A model generated the notes under the pieces. The model ran no database searches. It was given only the letters and a program-made list of their open reading frames with translations, and was not told the origin of the DNA. The translations under genes and the position numbers were made by a program. A stretch of DNA of 64,000 nt from Myxococcota bacterium (GTDB taxonomy: Bacteria > Myxococcota_A > UBA9160 > UBA6930), in NCBI GenBank assembly GCA_965223705.1, contig OZ245015.1, positions 3,328,001 through 3,392,000 on the forward strand. The letters run 5' to 3'. How positions within the stretch are numbered: position 1 is the first letter of the stretch; each line of letters begins with the position of its first letter. Below are positions 47,427 through 56,894 of the stretch, in pieces.

Positions 47427-48625
47427 GGGGGAGCCTCGCCGCCGGAACTCCTCTTTCCGATTGCGGTCTGGCGTTTCAGATGGCGCCGGGATCGCAGATA
47501 GAGAAGCGGCCCGGCGAAGGCACCGAACAACTCCGCCGCGGCGACGCGAAGCGGTGGGCTCCCCGGGTGTCCGATCACCGAGCGAAGAAAGGCCCGCCCG
47601 GGCCCCGACCACAAGTACGCGAGACCGATCTTGAGGACGCCAAAATCTCGCTCTTCGAGTAGGGCGCGCGTCCACCACGCAAACACGCCCGAGCCATAGG
47701 CCGCCGAAACGTCGGATAGCGCCTGCTCGTCGCTGCGGTGGCGGTGCCAAACGAGCGCCCGCGGCTCGTACACGATCCGAAGGCCGCGCGCCAAAACGCG
47801 GTAGAAAAATTCGTGATCTTCACCGCAGCGGGTGAGTGTCCCCGGGCCGAGCGCTTCGTCGAAGACTCCGATCTCGTCGAGCGCCGAGCGTCGTATCACC
47901 ATGTTGACCGAGGCCCCCGCGAGACCTGCTGCGAGAGGTGTCAGCTGGTGGCGATCGAACTCTCGCCGCTCGTAGCCGCGACAAAATCCGTGGGCCTTCT
48001 CGAACCAGACCTGGGCGGGGGTCTCGAGCTCGAGGGGCATGGTGGCACCGGTCACGACCGCGACGAGCGGATCGGCGAAGCACCGCGAAACTCGTGTGAG
48101 CCACCTCGAATCGGGAACCGCGTCGTCGTCCGTGAACGCGACGAGCTCGGTCCGAGTCTCCCGAATCCCGCGATTGCGAGCCGCCGCCGCCCCTGGGCGC
48201 AGCTCCCGTACGTACCGAACCCCCGGCGTGCGATCCACGAGGGCCCGGGTCCGCTCGTCGCTCGGCGCATTGTCGACGACGAGGATGTCGGAGACCGGCG
48301 GGTCCATCGCCAGTAGGCCGTCAAGGCATCTCGCCAAGTCTTCGGGCCGGTCGCGGGTGCATACGACGACGGACAGATCGGTGGGTCCTCCGGACTGGAA
48401 TTCGGCTTCTTCGATCTTGCTCAGCCATGCGGGCCAGGCGCAGCGCCGGGCGGCCTGATCGAGGGATTCCGCGTCCAGTCGGCCGTCTCGCACGGGCAAC
48501 CAAGCTTGGCCGACCACCGCTTCGTCTTGGCGAAACACGACGAAAGCTTCCGGATACGGATCGAGGTCGTGGAGCTCCGTCGGAAGGGAGGCGAGTTGAA
48601 CCTCGCGAACAGCGGCTACAGACAA
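47420..48625 (-). CDS. GT2 glycosyltransferase
   Basis: SVVVCTRDRP, VDNAP, FTDDD, GEDHE, YEPRALVWH. Confidence 0.9.
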   Translation of the reverse strand: MSVAAVREVQLASLPTELHDLDPYPEAFVVFRQDEAVVGQAWLPVRDGRLDAESLDQAARRCAWPAWLSKIEEAEFQSGGPTDLSVVVCTRDRPEDLARCLDGLLAMDPPVSDILVVDNAPSDERTRALVDRTPGVRYVRELRPGAAAARNRGIRETRTELVAFTDDDAVPDSRWLTRVSRCFADPLVAVVTGATMPLELETPAQVWFEKAHGFCRGYERREFDRHQLTPLAAGLAGASVNMVIRRSALDEIGVFDEALGPGTLTRCGEDHEFFYRVLARGLRIVYEPRALVWHRHRSDEQALSDVSAAYGSGVFAWWTRALLEERDFGVLKIGLAYLWSGPGRAFLRSVIGHPGSPPLRVAAAELFGAFAGPLLYLRSRRHLKRQTAIGKRSSGGEAPPC

Positions 48626-48718
48626 CGCGAGAACTCCGCAGGTGACCGTCTATGACAACACAGTCAAGGCCGCCAGACAACACCCGGGTCGCGGTGCAGA
48701 AGGCGGTACTGTAGGGCG

Positions 48719-50704
48719 ATGTCCGACGGAAGCCGGGTCGCCGTCCGTGATGTAGACGTGCGACGCGTGGAAAGTCTTGAGGGGCTCGCCGCATATGGGG
48801 CGGTCGAGGTGCTTTTCCGCGACCAGGGCGTTCCTGTGGGCCGAGCCCGGCTCCTAGCTCCGAGTGCGAGGCTCCGTGCCGAGGCGATCCGGAAGGCGTG
48901 TCCACCCTTCCCGAAGGGCGACCGAACAGCCCGAACCCCCGGGATCATCCCGACACTCAGCGTCGCCGTCTGCACTCGCGATCGGCCTCGAGAGCTCGCT
49001 GCCGCGCTAACGACTCTCGCCCGCCAGGAGACCCCGCCGCTCGAAATCCTCGTCGTCGAGAACGGCGAGGCCGGCGAGACGCGCGCGGTAGTGCAGCGCT
49101 GTCTTCCCTCCGCGCGCTTCTTGCATGAGCCCGAAGCCGGTTTGGACTTTGCGCGCAATCGCGCCCTGATGGCCGCGGGCGGTGACCTGATCGCCTTTCT
49201 CGACGACGACGCCGAGGCGGATCCGCAATGGGCCGGCCGCATTGTCGAGGCGTTCGCGAACGATGCGGAAATCGGGGCCTTGACCGGCCTCACGATGCCC
49301 CTCGAGCTCGAGACGACGGCCCAGTGTTTGTTCGAGGCCAACGGTGGATACGGACGCGGGTTCGAAGTCCGACGCGTTCGGAGGCACGAGGGCATGTGGC
49401 ATGAGCTACTGCGTCCACTTCCCGCCCGAGTGCTCAACAGTGGGAATGGTTGCAACATGGCGTTTCGCGTGTCCGTCCTGCGCGCCGTTTCCGGGTTTGA
49501 TCCGGCGCTTGACGCCGGGCCTCCACTGCCCGGAGGCGGAGACCTCGACGCGCTTCTGCGAGTTTGCCAAGCCGGGCACGACATCCTCTACGAACCGCGT
49601 GCTCTGGTGCGACATCGACACCGCCGAACACTCGATGCCATGGACAAGCAGCTCGCGGGCCACCACCGCGCCGGAGTCGCCTACTTGGTCAAGAGCGTGG
49701 CGGGCGCTTCCGGAATCGCGCGACTCGGCGGCGTACTCTTCCTGATCTGGCGTCTTGTCAAGAATCCACTTCGGTTGTTGCGCTCCTGTGTGGGTCTCGA
49801 TCCCCTTCCGCCGCGCACACTCGCGGCTATGTCGAAGGCAGCCGTCGCAGGGCTGGGTAGCTACTCGTTGTCAAAAGCTCGCCAACGGCGGCACGTCCGG
49901 CGCCATGGCGGTCGTCCGCCGAACGCCCGCTCACAGGCCATCGACACGTGGCTCCACCGCGAGCTTGTCTGGCGACTCACCCAAAGGGATCTCAAAGCAA
50001 AGTATCAGGGTTCGTGGTTGGGCTTTCTTTGGACGTTGATCAACCCCCTGGTCACGATCGGCGTGATGGTTGTCGTCTTCTCACAGATCGTGCGGATTCC
50101 CGTGGACCGCTACTGGGCCTTTTTGTTGAGCGGCTATTTCGTGTGGTCATTCTTCGCGCAGACGCTCACCGGTGGCGTCCAAAGCGCCGCAGGAAACGCC
50201 TATCTGACCCGCAGTGCGTGGTTTCCGCAGGAATCGCTGGTGCTCGCCGCCGGAATCGCGCGCTTCCTCGAGTTCGCCATCGAGATGACCATCGTGGCGG
50301 TCGTGTTGGCAATCTTTCATCACGGCGCCATTCCCGCCTCCTACCTGGCTCTGCCCATCATCGTCCCCGCTCTGTTCATCGTTGTCATCGGCGTCGCTTT
50401 TCCGATCGCCGCACTCGCCGTCTACTACGTCGATACCGTCCACGCCTTGCCCTTGGCGATCGCAGCTCTTTTCTACGCGACGCCCGTTTTCTACCCGTTG
50501 AGCATCGTTCCCGAGCCGCTGCGCGCGTTCTTCGCACTGAATCCCATGGCGTTCCTGATCGATCTGTTTCACGACACCCTCTACAAGGGCGTGCTTCCGA
50601 GCTCGGCCGAGCTGGGGCTGACCGTCCTCGGCGGCATTGCTATCGCGGGGACCGGCTACTGGCTCTTCAACCGTCACAAGCGCAACTTTGCGGAGTTGTT
50701 GTGA
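48719..50704 (+). CDS. GT2 glycosyltransferase fused to ABC-2 polysaccharide exporter permease (Wzm)
   Basis: SVAVCTRDRP/FLDDD GT2 domain, then RDLKAKYQGSWLGFLWTLINP...FYATPVFYP...LNPM Wzm domain in one frame. Confidence 0.85.
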   Translation: MSDGSRVAVRDVDVRRVESLEGLAAYGAVEVLFRDQGVPVGRARLLAPSARLRAEAIRKACPPFPKGDRTARTPGIIPTLSVAVCTRDRPRELAAALTTLARQETPPLEILVVENGEAGETRAVVQRCLPSARFLHEPEAGLDFARNRALMAAGGDLIAFLDDDAEADPQWAGRIVEAFANDAEIGALTGLTMPLELETTAQCLFEANGGYGRGFEVRRVRRHEGMWHELLRPLPARVLNSGNGCNMAFRVSVLRAVSGFDPALDAGPPLPGGGDLDALLRVCQAGHDILYEPRALVRHRHRRTLDAMDKQLAGHHRAGVAYLVKSVAGASGIARLGGVLFLIWRLVKNPLRLLRSCVGLDPLPPRTLAAMSKAAVAGLGSYSLSKARQRRHVRRHGGRPPNARSQAIDTWLHRELVWRLTQRDLKAKYQGSWLGFLWTLINPLVTIGVMVVVFSQIVRIPVDRYWAFLLSGYFVWSFFAQTLTGGVQSAAGNAYLTRSAWFPQESLVLAAGIARFLEFAIEMTIVAVVLAIFHHGAIPASYLALPIIVPALFIVVIGVAFPIAALAVYYVDTVHALPLAIAALFYATPVFYPLSIVPEPLRAFFALNPMAFLIDLFHDTLYKGVLPSSAELGLTVLGGIAIAGTGYWLFNRHKRNFAELL

Positions 50705-51495
50705 TCGACCGCCAGCCGCGCCAGACTTTGGAGCTCGCCGACGACGTTGCTGTCGGGCTATGCAACGTGACGAAGCGATTCGTTCACTACGAAGGTACCC
50801 CGCGCACGCTGCGAAACCTTTTCATTCGATCAGCGAAGCGACGAGCCACGACACAGAGCTACTTCTCGGTACGAGACATCTCCATCCGAGTGGCACGCGG
50901 CGAGAGTGTCGGCATCATCGGCGACAACGGAGCGGGAAAAAGCACGCTACTCCGCCTGATCGCGGGGATCTATTGGCCGAGCGAGGGGTCGGTCATGACA
51001 CGTGGACGCTTGGCCCCATTGATCGAACTCGGCGTCGGGTTTCATCCGGAGCTGACAGGTCGTGAGAATGTCTTTCTATACGGATCGATCCTCGGGATTC
51101 CAAGTGACGTTCTCGAAGCGCACTATGACGACATCGTCCGAATGTCGGGCATCGCCGAATTCATGGACAGCCCCGTCAAGCACCACTCTTCCGGGATGAG
51201 GGCGCGACTCGGCTTCGCCGTCGCAACGGCGATCCGCCCAGATATTCTGTTGCTCGACGAGGTTTTCGCCGTCGGGGACGTCGGCTTCCGAGAAATCTCC
51301 GTGGCTCGGCTGCGCGCCTTCCAGGAAGCTGGAACGACGACGCTGCTCGCAAGTCACGACCTCGGCATTGTGCGCGAATTCGCAACGCGGGTCATCTGGC
51401 TCGAGAATGGCGCGATCGCGGCCGCGGGAGAGGTCGAAGAGGTGACCCGGGCCTATCAGCACGCGAAGTTTCCGACTGGAGAACCCGCCGGGTGA
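50701..51495 (+). CDS. wzt: Polysaccharide ABC exporter ATP-binding protein
   Basis: GTGA overlap; GDNGAGKST, GFHPELTGREN, SSGMRARLGF, LLLDE; no C-terminal carbohydrate-binding extension. Confidence 0.9.
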   Translation: MIDRQPRQTLELADDVAVGLCNVTKRFVHYEGTPRTLRNLFIRSAKRRATTQSYFSVRDISIRVARGESVGIIGDNGAGKSTLLRLIAGIYWPSEGSVMTRGRLAPLIELGVGFHPELTGRENVFLYGSILGIPSDVLEAHYDDIVRMSGIAEFMDSPVKHHSSGMRARLGFAVATAIRPDILLLDEVFAVGDVGFREISVARLRAFQEAGTTTLLASHDLGIVREFATRVIWLENGAIAAAGEVEEVTRAYQHAKFPTGEPAG

Positions 51496-52586
51496 ACTCC
51501 CAGTCGGCGATACCTGAGAAGCCGGACCTCAGTGTGGTCATTCCTACCAGGAACCGCCCGCAAGCGCTCGCGTTGACGCTCAAAGCCCTGTCACGCGTCG
51601 ACTTTCCGCCGCCCGAACGATTCGAGGTCGTGATCGTCGATGACGGTTCCGCAGAGCCCGTCGGACGGAGCGAATTAGAACGGACCGCCCCGAAGCGAAC
51701 CCGGGTCGTGCGCCATGAGAGGCCGTTGGGTGCAGCGGCCGCGCGCGAGCACGGCTGGCGCGTCGCCACGGGAGAATGGGTGCTCTTTCTCGACGACGAT
51801 GTTCGCCCTGCCCCCGAGCTGCTCGTCCGCCATCGGGAAGCTCAGCAGCGGAGCGGTGCGGAGGTCATTTTGGGAAGCTGCCCGTTTGAGGCGCGGGATG
51901 CCGAACCACCCCATGTGCGCCTCACCCGACTTTGGTGGGACTCACACCTCAAGAGACTGGCGACGGACGAGCCGAGCTGGTTCGGTCAGCTGACAACAGG
52001 AAATGTCTCGATCCGTCGCGACGTCCTCGTGCGTTGCGGTGGATTCGATGTGACGTTTCCCGCTCGGGAGGACTACGAGTTGGGACAGCGCTTGCTCGAT
52101 GCCGGCGCCGCCTTCCACTACGAAGCGGCTGCGCGGGCCGTCCAGACCTGTTGCGAGAGCATCCATGAATGGCTCGAAGGATTTCGGGCGTGTGGTCGGG
52201 CTGACGTCGCTTTCGCGTGGAAGCATCCGACTAAGGTCGCTGTCCTCATGCGGCGCGCGGGACTGGCCCCGGTGCCGCGATGGTTTGGCGGCCGCGCGCT
52301 GGCTCTCGCTACTCGGTTCCTCACTCGATCCCGCGCCCGCTACGACTTCCGTTGGATGTTATCCTCACGCTTGGTTCTCGCGGATCGCTATTGGGGCGGT
52401 ATCCGCGAAGCTTCAGCGGACCCGAGAATCCCGGGCCTCCTAGAACGCGCACAACGTTCCGGATCAAGCGCGGAGTGGCTCGCGTGGCGATCCGCTTCAG
52501 ACATGCCCGGACTCGGTCAAGGCCCGGGAGCGGGATCCGCGGCGCGGAGCCCTTCCCACGGGCACTCGGTGCACTCGTATCGGTAA
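51492..52586 (+). CDS. GT2 glycosyltransferase
   Basis: SVVIPTRNR, VDDGS, FLDDD, EDYELG. Confidence 0.9.
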   Translation: MNSQSAIPEKPDLSVVIPTRNRPQALALTLKALSRVDFPPPERFEVVIVDDGSAEPVGRSELERTAPKRTRVVRHERPLGAAAAREHGWRVATGEWVLFLDDDVRPAPELLVRHREAQQRSGAEVILGSCPFEARDAEPPHVRLTRLWWDSHLKRLATDEPSWFGQLTTGNVSIRRDVLVRCGGFDVTFPAREDYELGQRLLDAGAAFHYEAAARAVQTCCESIHEWLEGFRACGRADVAFAWKHPTKVAVLMRRAGLAPVPRWFGGRALALATRFLTRSRARYDFRWMLSSRLVLADRYWGGIREASADPRIPGLLERAQRSGSSAEWLAWRSASDMPGLGQGPGAGSAARSPSHGHSVHSYR

Positions 52587-53599
52587 AACCGCAGACCAAC
52601 GCGCTCGAGGCTTCGGTCTCTGGCCGTGCGAGGGATTCGTTCGATCCGGTGGCTGCCGCACCGCGGACAGCCGCCGTGCCGGCTCAGCGATGGATGATTC
52701 AGGACCCAGTGCTTGGCCGGGACGCACAGGACGAGGAGAAGAGCGCCCAGGAAGACCGCAGTTAAGATTCCGGCGCCACCCTCGTATGCGAGCCAGGCCA
52801 ACGCGCTCGGAAATCCGTAGATCACTTCAGCGACGCCGGTTTGCGCGTTCAGTCGAAAAACCATGGGCTCATTTTCCCGAACGGTCGTGACCTCGAAACC
52901 TTCGATGTCGACAGTTCTTCCATTCGCTCCGACGCTGTGCCAGGTCCCGGTTCCGACGATCCGGACCTCAAACGTGGCTGGGCTCGCCACACGCGTGTAG
53001 AACTGAAACTTCGACGCGCCGAACGGTGTCAGCGCCGTGCGTCCTTCGTCGTGTCTCCAGCCCTGGAAACCACCCGTCGCCGTGTAGGCATCGTGTCCGT
53101 CCTCGGCAACCAACAAGATCCGGCTCGCTTGACCGCTCGCAGTCCGTTGCTGAACCAGCTTGAAGCGGACGACCTGGCCCGGTTCTTTAACCACGGCCCA
53201 GGACGCCTGCGGTGGGATCTGAATGCGCCAATCGCCGCACGCGACAGCCACCCAGAGGTAGTGGCCGGCCGCGTCAAATCGAAATTCCGCCGAATAGATC
53301 CCGTCGCCCGCCTCTTCGTCAGCGTCGAGACCTCGATCGTTCATCGGGTGACTGGCGCTATCCCACGCTTGGAAATCCCCCGCCAGGCACCACCCAGTAT
53401 CGGGTACCGTGATGTCGCGCAGGACGTGGGTCGGCGTGCCCCGTTCGGCGAGCTGCGTTGCGAGGAGCACATAGGGATTGGCCAACGACGCCAAAGCGAG
53501 GACAACGGCGATCGTCGCAAGGATTGGCCACAGCCGCGCTCCTTCCTTCTGGGGCTTCGGCTGGTGCCCGTCCGCTGATGCCTCCGCCGTCTCGGACAA
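52517..53599 (-). CDS. Membrane protein with two carbohydrate-binding-like repeats and a C-terminal Zn ribbon
   Basis: TM; AGDFQAW...AGDGIYS and TGGFQGW repeats; TM; CPRC-x26-CTEC; TTG start after GGGAGA inferred. Confidence 0.62.
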   Translation of the reverse strand: MSETAEASADGHQPKPQKEGARLWPILATIAVVLALASLANPYVLLATQLAERGTPTHVLRDITVPDTGWCLAGDFQAWDSASHPMNDRGLDADEEAGDGIYSAEFRFDAAGHYLWVAVACGDWRIQIPPQASWAVVKEPGQVVRFKLVQQRTASGQASRILLVAEDGHDAYTATGGFQGWRHDEGRTALTPFGASKFQFYTRVASPATFEVRIVGTGTWHSVGANGRTVDIEGFEVTTVRENEPMVFRLNAQTGVAEVIYGFPSALAWLAYEGGAGILTAVFLGALLLVLCVPAKHWVLNHPSLSRHGGCPRCGSHRIERIPRTARDRSLERVGLRFYRYECTECPWEGLRAADPAPGP

Positions 53600-53716
53600 C
53601 CGCGTTCTCCCTAGCGCCGAGCCGAATCGATTCGATGCCGGGTAGTTCGGGACAATGAAACCGCCGATCGCAACTTCTTGCCAGACGGCCCCGAATACAA
53701 GGACGTGGGTGACGCG

Positions 53717-54757
53717 ATGACCGAAAAGCTCAGCGTGTGCGTCATCAATCGAAACGGTGGCGATGCGCTTGTCAACACATTGGCGTCCATCATGGAACAG
53801 GGGGACATCGTTGCCGAGGTTCTTCTCGTGGACAACGCATCGGACGACGGTAGCCCCGAAAAGGCCCTCGCGTGCCACCCTTCCGTCAAGCTCGTCCGGC
53901 GGGAAGACAATTGCGGTCCCGGTGCAGCCCGAAACGCGGGATTCCGGGCGGCACAATACGAGCGAATCCTATTTGTCGACGGCGACGTCCGCCTGCAGCC
54001 AGGTTGCGCCGCGCAGCTGCGACACGCTCTCGCGCACTCGGAACGCATCGTCGCGGCGATGCCCCGTGTTCGGTTCGAGGATACGGGGGAAGTTCAGTGC
54101 GATGGAGCAGATTCTCACTATCTGGGTTTCATGTTGGTCCAGCACCAGAGGGGAAATGAGATGCGGCGCATCGGATCTATCGTGTCGGCCTGTATGCTGC
54201 TCGATCGCTCTCGCTGGGGGCGGTCGGATCCGTTTGATGAAGACTTCTTCATCTACTACGAAGATCACGATTTCGGCCTTCGAGCGCGCGCTGCCGGATG
54301 GGAGCTTGTGGGCGTACCAGCCGCAGTGTGCTCTCACGGAGGGGGCACGCCCGGGTTGTCGTATCGCCCTGGACGCTCGTATCCGACCGGGCGTGTCTAC
54401 TTCCACATCCGTAACCGTTGGCAACTCATCCTCAAGAACTACGAGTTCGGATCCCTGTGTCTCTTGGCGCCCTGCCTGCTCTTCTACGAAGCTCTCCAAC
54501 TCGCGGGCGTCGTAAGCAAGGGTTGGTTCAAAGAATGGACACGCGCCGCGGAGTGGGTGCTCTCCAACCGGCGGACACTTCTCGCGAAGCGCCGCGCCGC
54601 AAGCGCAGCGCGGACCGTCTCCGATCGCGAGCTTTGGGTCGGCGGAGAGTTGCCATTCCATCCGGGACTACTGACCCGCCGCGGGGAGCGGGCCGCGTTG
54701 CGCTTCGTCAACGCTGTCCTCGCAGCCTATTGGCGCCTTTGCTCGAGAATCCTCTAG
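53717..54757 (+). CDS. GT2 glycosyltransferase (rhamnosyltransferase-like)
   Basis: VDNASDDGS, FVDGD, FDEDFFIYYEDHD, RNRW. Confidence 0.88.
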   Translation: MTEKLSVCVINRNGGDALVNTLASIMEQGDIVAEVLLVDNASDDGSPEKALACHPSVKLVRREDNCGPGAARNAGFRAAQYERILFVDGDVRLQPGCAAQLRHALAHSERIVAAMPRVRFEDTGEVQCDGADSHYLGFMLVQHQRGNEMRRIGSIVSACMLLDRSRWGRSDPFDEDFFIYYEDHDFGLRARAAGWELVGVPAAVCSHGGGTPGLSYRPGRSYPTGRVYFHIRNRWQLILKNYEFGSLCLLAPCLLFYEALQLAGVVSKGWFKEWTRAAEWVLSNRRTLLAKRRAASAARTVSDRELWVGGELPFHPGLLTRRGERAALRFVNAVLAAYWRLCSRIL

Positions 54758-54799
54758 ATGCACTAACATGGCCGGCGGACCCCGTGCTCTGGATCTTCG

Positions 54800-55999
54800 A
54801 TGTCAGTCCGCCGCGTTCTCATGGTCGCTGCCTGTCCGTTCCCCGCGAACCGCGGAACCCCGATTCGGAGCTTTCGATTGGCCGAGGCCATCTCCAAGGC
54901 CGGAATCGAAGTCGAGGTCGTCACTTATCACTTGGGACGAGCGCAGCCCGAACCGAGCTTTTCGGTTTACCGGACCCCGCGCGTGGCGACGTATGTGCGC
55001 TATCGGCCGGGACCCTCCCTGCAGAAACTGGTGGTGATGGACCCGTTGCTGATGCGGAAGATCCGCTCGCGTATCCGGCGCAACCCTCCCGACGTGATTC
55101 ATGCCCATCACTGCGAGGGTTTGCTAACCGCGTTGTTCGCAAGTCCCGATTCCGAGTGCCCCGTGATCTACGATGCGCACACGATTCTGGGCGCGGAGCT
55201 CCCCCACTACCTTCCGCGCTGGATGAAAGCCCCGGGGCGCTGGCTCGGCGATACGTTCGACCGCTATCTCGCGAGGCTTTCCGAGTTCGCCATTGTCGGC
55301 ACCCAGGGGATGAAAGACGAACTCCTCGAGCGGAATTTTGGCCCGGAGAAGTGCATTCGAGTGATCCCCAACGGCGTAGATTTCGATGCGTTTACCCCCA
55401 TCGACCCTACTCGATTGGGAACCGACGAAGGCAATACCATCGTATTCGCGGGAAATTTGGCTCCCTACCAAGGTCTGCAGCTGCTTGCGGAGGCCTTCAA
55501 GGTCGTTCGCTCCTACCGCCCGGACGCGCGACTTCAGGTCGTTACCGAAGATCGAACGCGCCCAGTGGGTTGGCCAGCAGAGATCGAGCTGATCAACGCT
55601 TCGTTTCGCGAACTGCCCGCCTACCTGCACCGGGCCGACATCGCCGTCAATCCGCGGTCGGATTCCGCCGGAATGCCGCAAAAGCTGTTGAACTACATGG
55701 CAGCCGGGCTTCCCGTCGTCTCCTTCGCACGAGGGGCCGAAGTGATCGAGCACGGGAGCACGGGCTTTATTGTTTCAGAACCAACACCGGACGCACTGGC
55801 TCGCGGTTTGATCGAGATGCTGAACAACAGGGCACTCGCGCGCCGGTTGGGCGCCAATGCGCAAAGAAAAGTCCAGCGAGAATTCAGCTGGGCGCGTGCG
55901 GCGGAGGATTGCCTGTCTGCGTACGCTGACTTTAGGGAGACCAAGGCGAGAGAGCGCTCGCGAGGAGAAAGCGTTCTCGGACGAAAGGAACTGCGATGA
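54800..55999 (+). CDS. GT4 glycosyltransferase
   Basis: DVIHAH, IPNGVD, FAGNL, PQKLLNYMAAGLPVV, FSW. Confidence 0.9.
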   Translation: MSVRRVLMVAACPFPANRGTPIRSFRLAEAISKAGIEVEVVTYHLGRAQPEPSFSVYRTPRVATYVRYRPGPSLQKLVVMDPLLMRKIRSRIRRNPPDVIHAHHCEGLLTALFASPDSECPVIYDAHTILGAELPHYLPRWMKAPGRWLGDTFDRYLARLSEFAIVGTQGMKDELLERNFGPEKCIRVIPNGVDFDAFTPIDPTRLGTDEGNTIVFAGNLAPYQGLQLLAEAFKVVRSYRPDARLQVVTEDRTRPVGWPAEIELINASFRELPAYLHRADIAVNPRSDSAGMPQKLLNYMAAGLPVVSFARGAEVIEHGSTGFIVSEPTPDALARGLIEMLNNRALARRLGANAQRKVQREFSWARAAEDCLSAYADFRETKARERSRGESVLGRKELR

Positions 56000-56466
56000 C
56001 GCAGGAGACCATGCTTCGGTGGCTCGTTGACATCGAACAGATCAAGCAGCTCAAGCACCGCTATTGTGCGTACTGCGACGAACAATACGACCCCGAAGGC
56101 ATCGCCGGCCTCTTCGCCGAAGACGGCGTGTGGGAAGGCGGGCCTTTCGGCCGCGCGGAGGGCCGCGACGGGATCCGCCAGTTCTTCGGTGACGTGTCGA
56201 AACAAGTCGAGTTCGCGAATCACTACGTGACCAATCCGATCATCGACATCGACGGTGATTCGGCGACTGGACGTTGGGACTTGTGGCAGCCGATGGTGAT
56301 GACCGAAGGTCCCGCCGCTCTCTGGCTGGTCGCGAAGTACCGAGAACAATACGTGCGATCCGGAGATCAGTGGTTGTTCCGACTCCTTGAGCTCGACGTC
56401 AAGGCGCTGTCGCCCTACGAAGAAGGTTTCGCGAAGCAGCGCCTGATCGAAACGGAGGCATCGTGA
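55996..56466 (+). CDS. SnoaL/NTF2-like protein, BaiE/LinA-type (SnoaL_4)
   Basis: DIEQIKQLKHRYCAYCD, LFAEDGVW, HYVTNPII, YREQYVR...WLF. Confidence 0.85.
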   Translation: MTQETMLRWLVDIEQIKQLKHRYCAYCDEQYDPEGIAGLFAEDGVWEGGPFGRAEGRDGIRQFFGDVSKQVEFANHYVTNPIIDIDGDSATGRWDLWQPMVMTEGPAALWLVAKYREQYVRSGDQWLFRLLELDVKALSPYEEGFAKQRLIETEAS

Positions 56467-56882
56467 CGAAGCAGCAAGCGATCGACACCGTCAACCAGTT
56501 TATGAAGCTCCTCCTCACGGATTTTCCGAAGTGCTTGAAGATGCTCTCCGACGACTTCGTGTGGGAGAACTTCTTGCCTTCACATGTTCCGTTCGGCGGA
56601 CGCTACGAAGGCGCTTCCGGCCTTCAGAAGTACCTCGAACAACTGTCAGCGACTTGGGTGATCGGAGAGCTCGTGTTTCTCGATTTCATCTTCGATTCCG
56701 AAACGAGCATCTTGGCAGCGACCGGTGTCGAGAAAAACGGCAAAGCTCTGTCGACCGGACGCACTTGTGACATGCCGTTCGTCTGGGAGTTTCGGTTTTC
56801 CGAGGATGGCAAGATCACCTACCTCCGCGAATACAACGACACCGCTTCGATCGGCGGCACGTTCGACGCGGCCGGTGCTTGA
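56463..56882 (+). CDS. SnoaL/NTF2-like protein
   Basis: LSDDFVW, VPFGGRYEG, TGRT, GKITYLREYNDT. Confidence 0.82.
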   Translation: MTKQQAIDTVNQFMKLLLTDFPKCLKMLSDDFVWENFLPSHVPFGGRYEGASGLQKYLEQLSATWVIGELVFLDFIFDSETSILAATGVEKNGKALSTGRTCDMPFVWEFRFSEDGKITYLREYNDTASIGGTFDAAGA

Positions 56883-56894
56883 GCGGAGGAGCCC

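Noticed and set aside
49948..50700. Apparent 250-aa N-terminal extension of Wzt
   Set aside because: Off-frame overlap with the Wzm domain; GTG 50701 with GTGA coupling is the better start.
54418..55929. 503-aa alternative-frame ORF
   Set aside because: Arg/Pro-rich off-frame translation overlapping the GT2 and GT4 genes.
55996..56466. Calling the SnoaL_4 protein linA or baiE
   Set aside because: Shares the fold and Asp/His pattern only; the family is large and orthology cannot be shown by eye.
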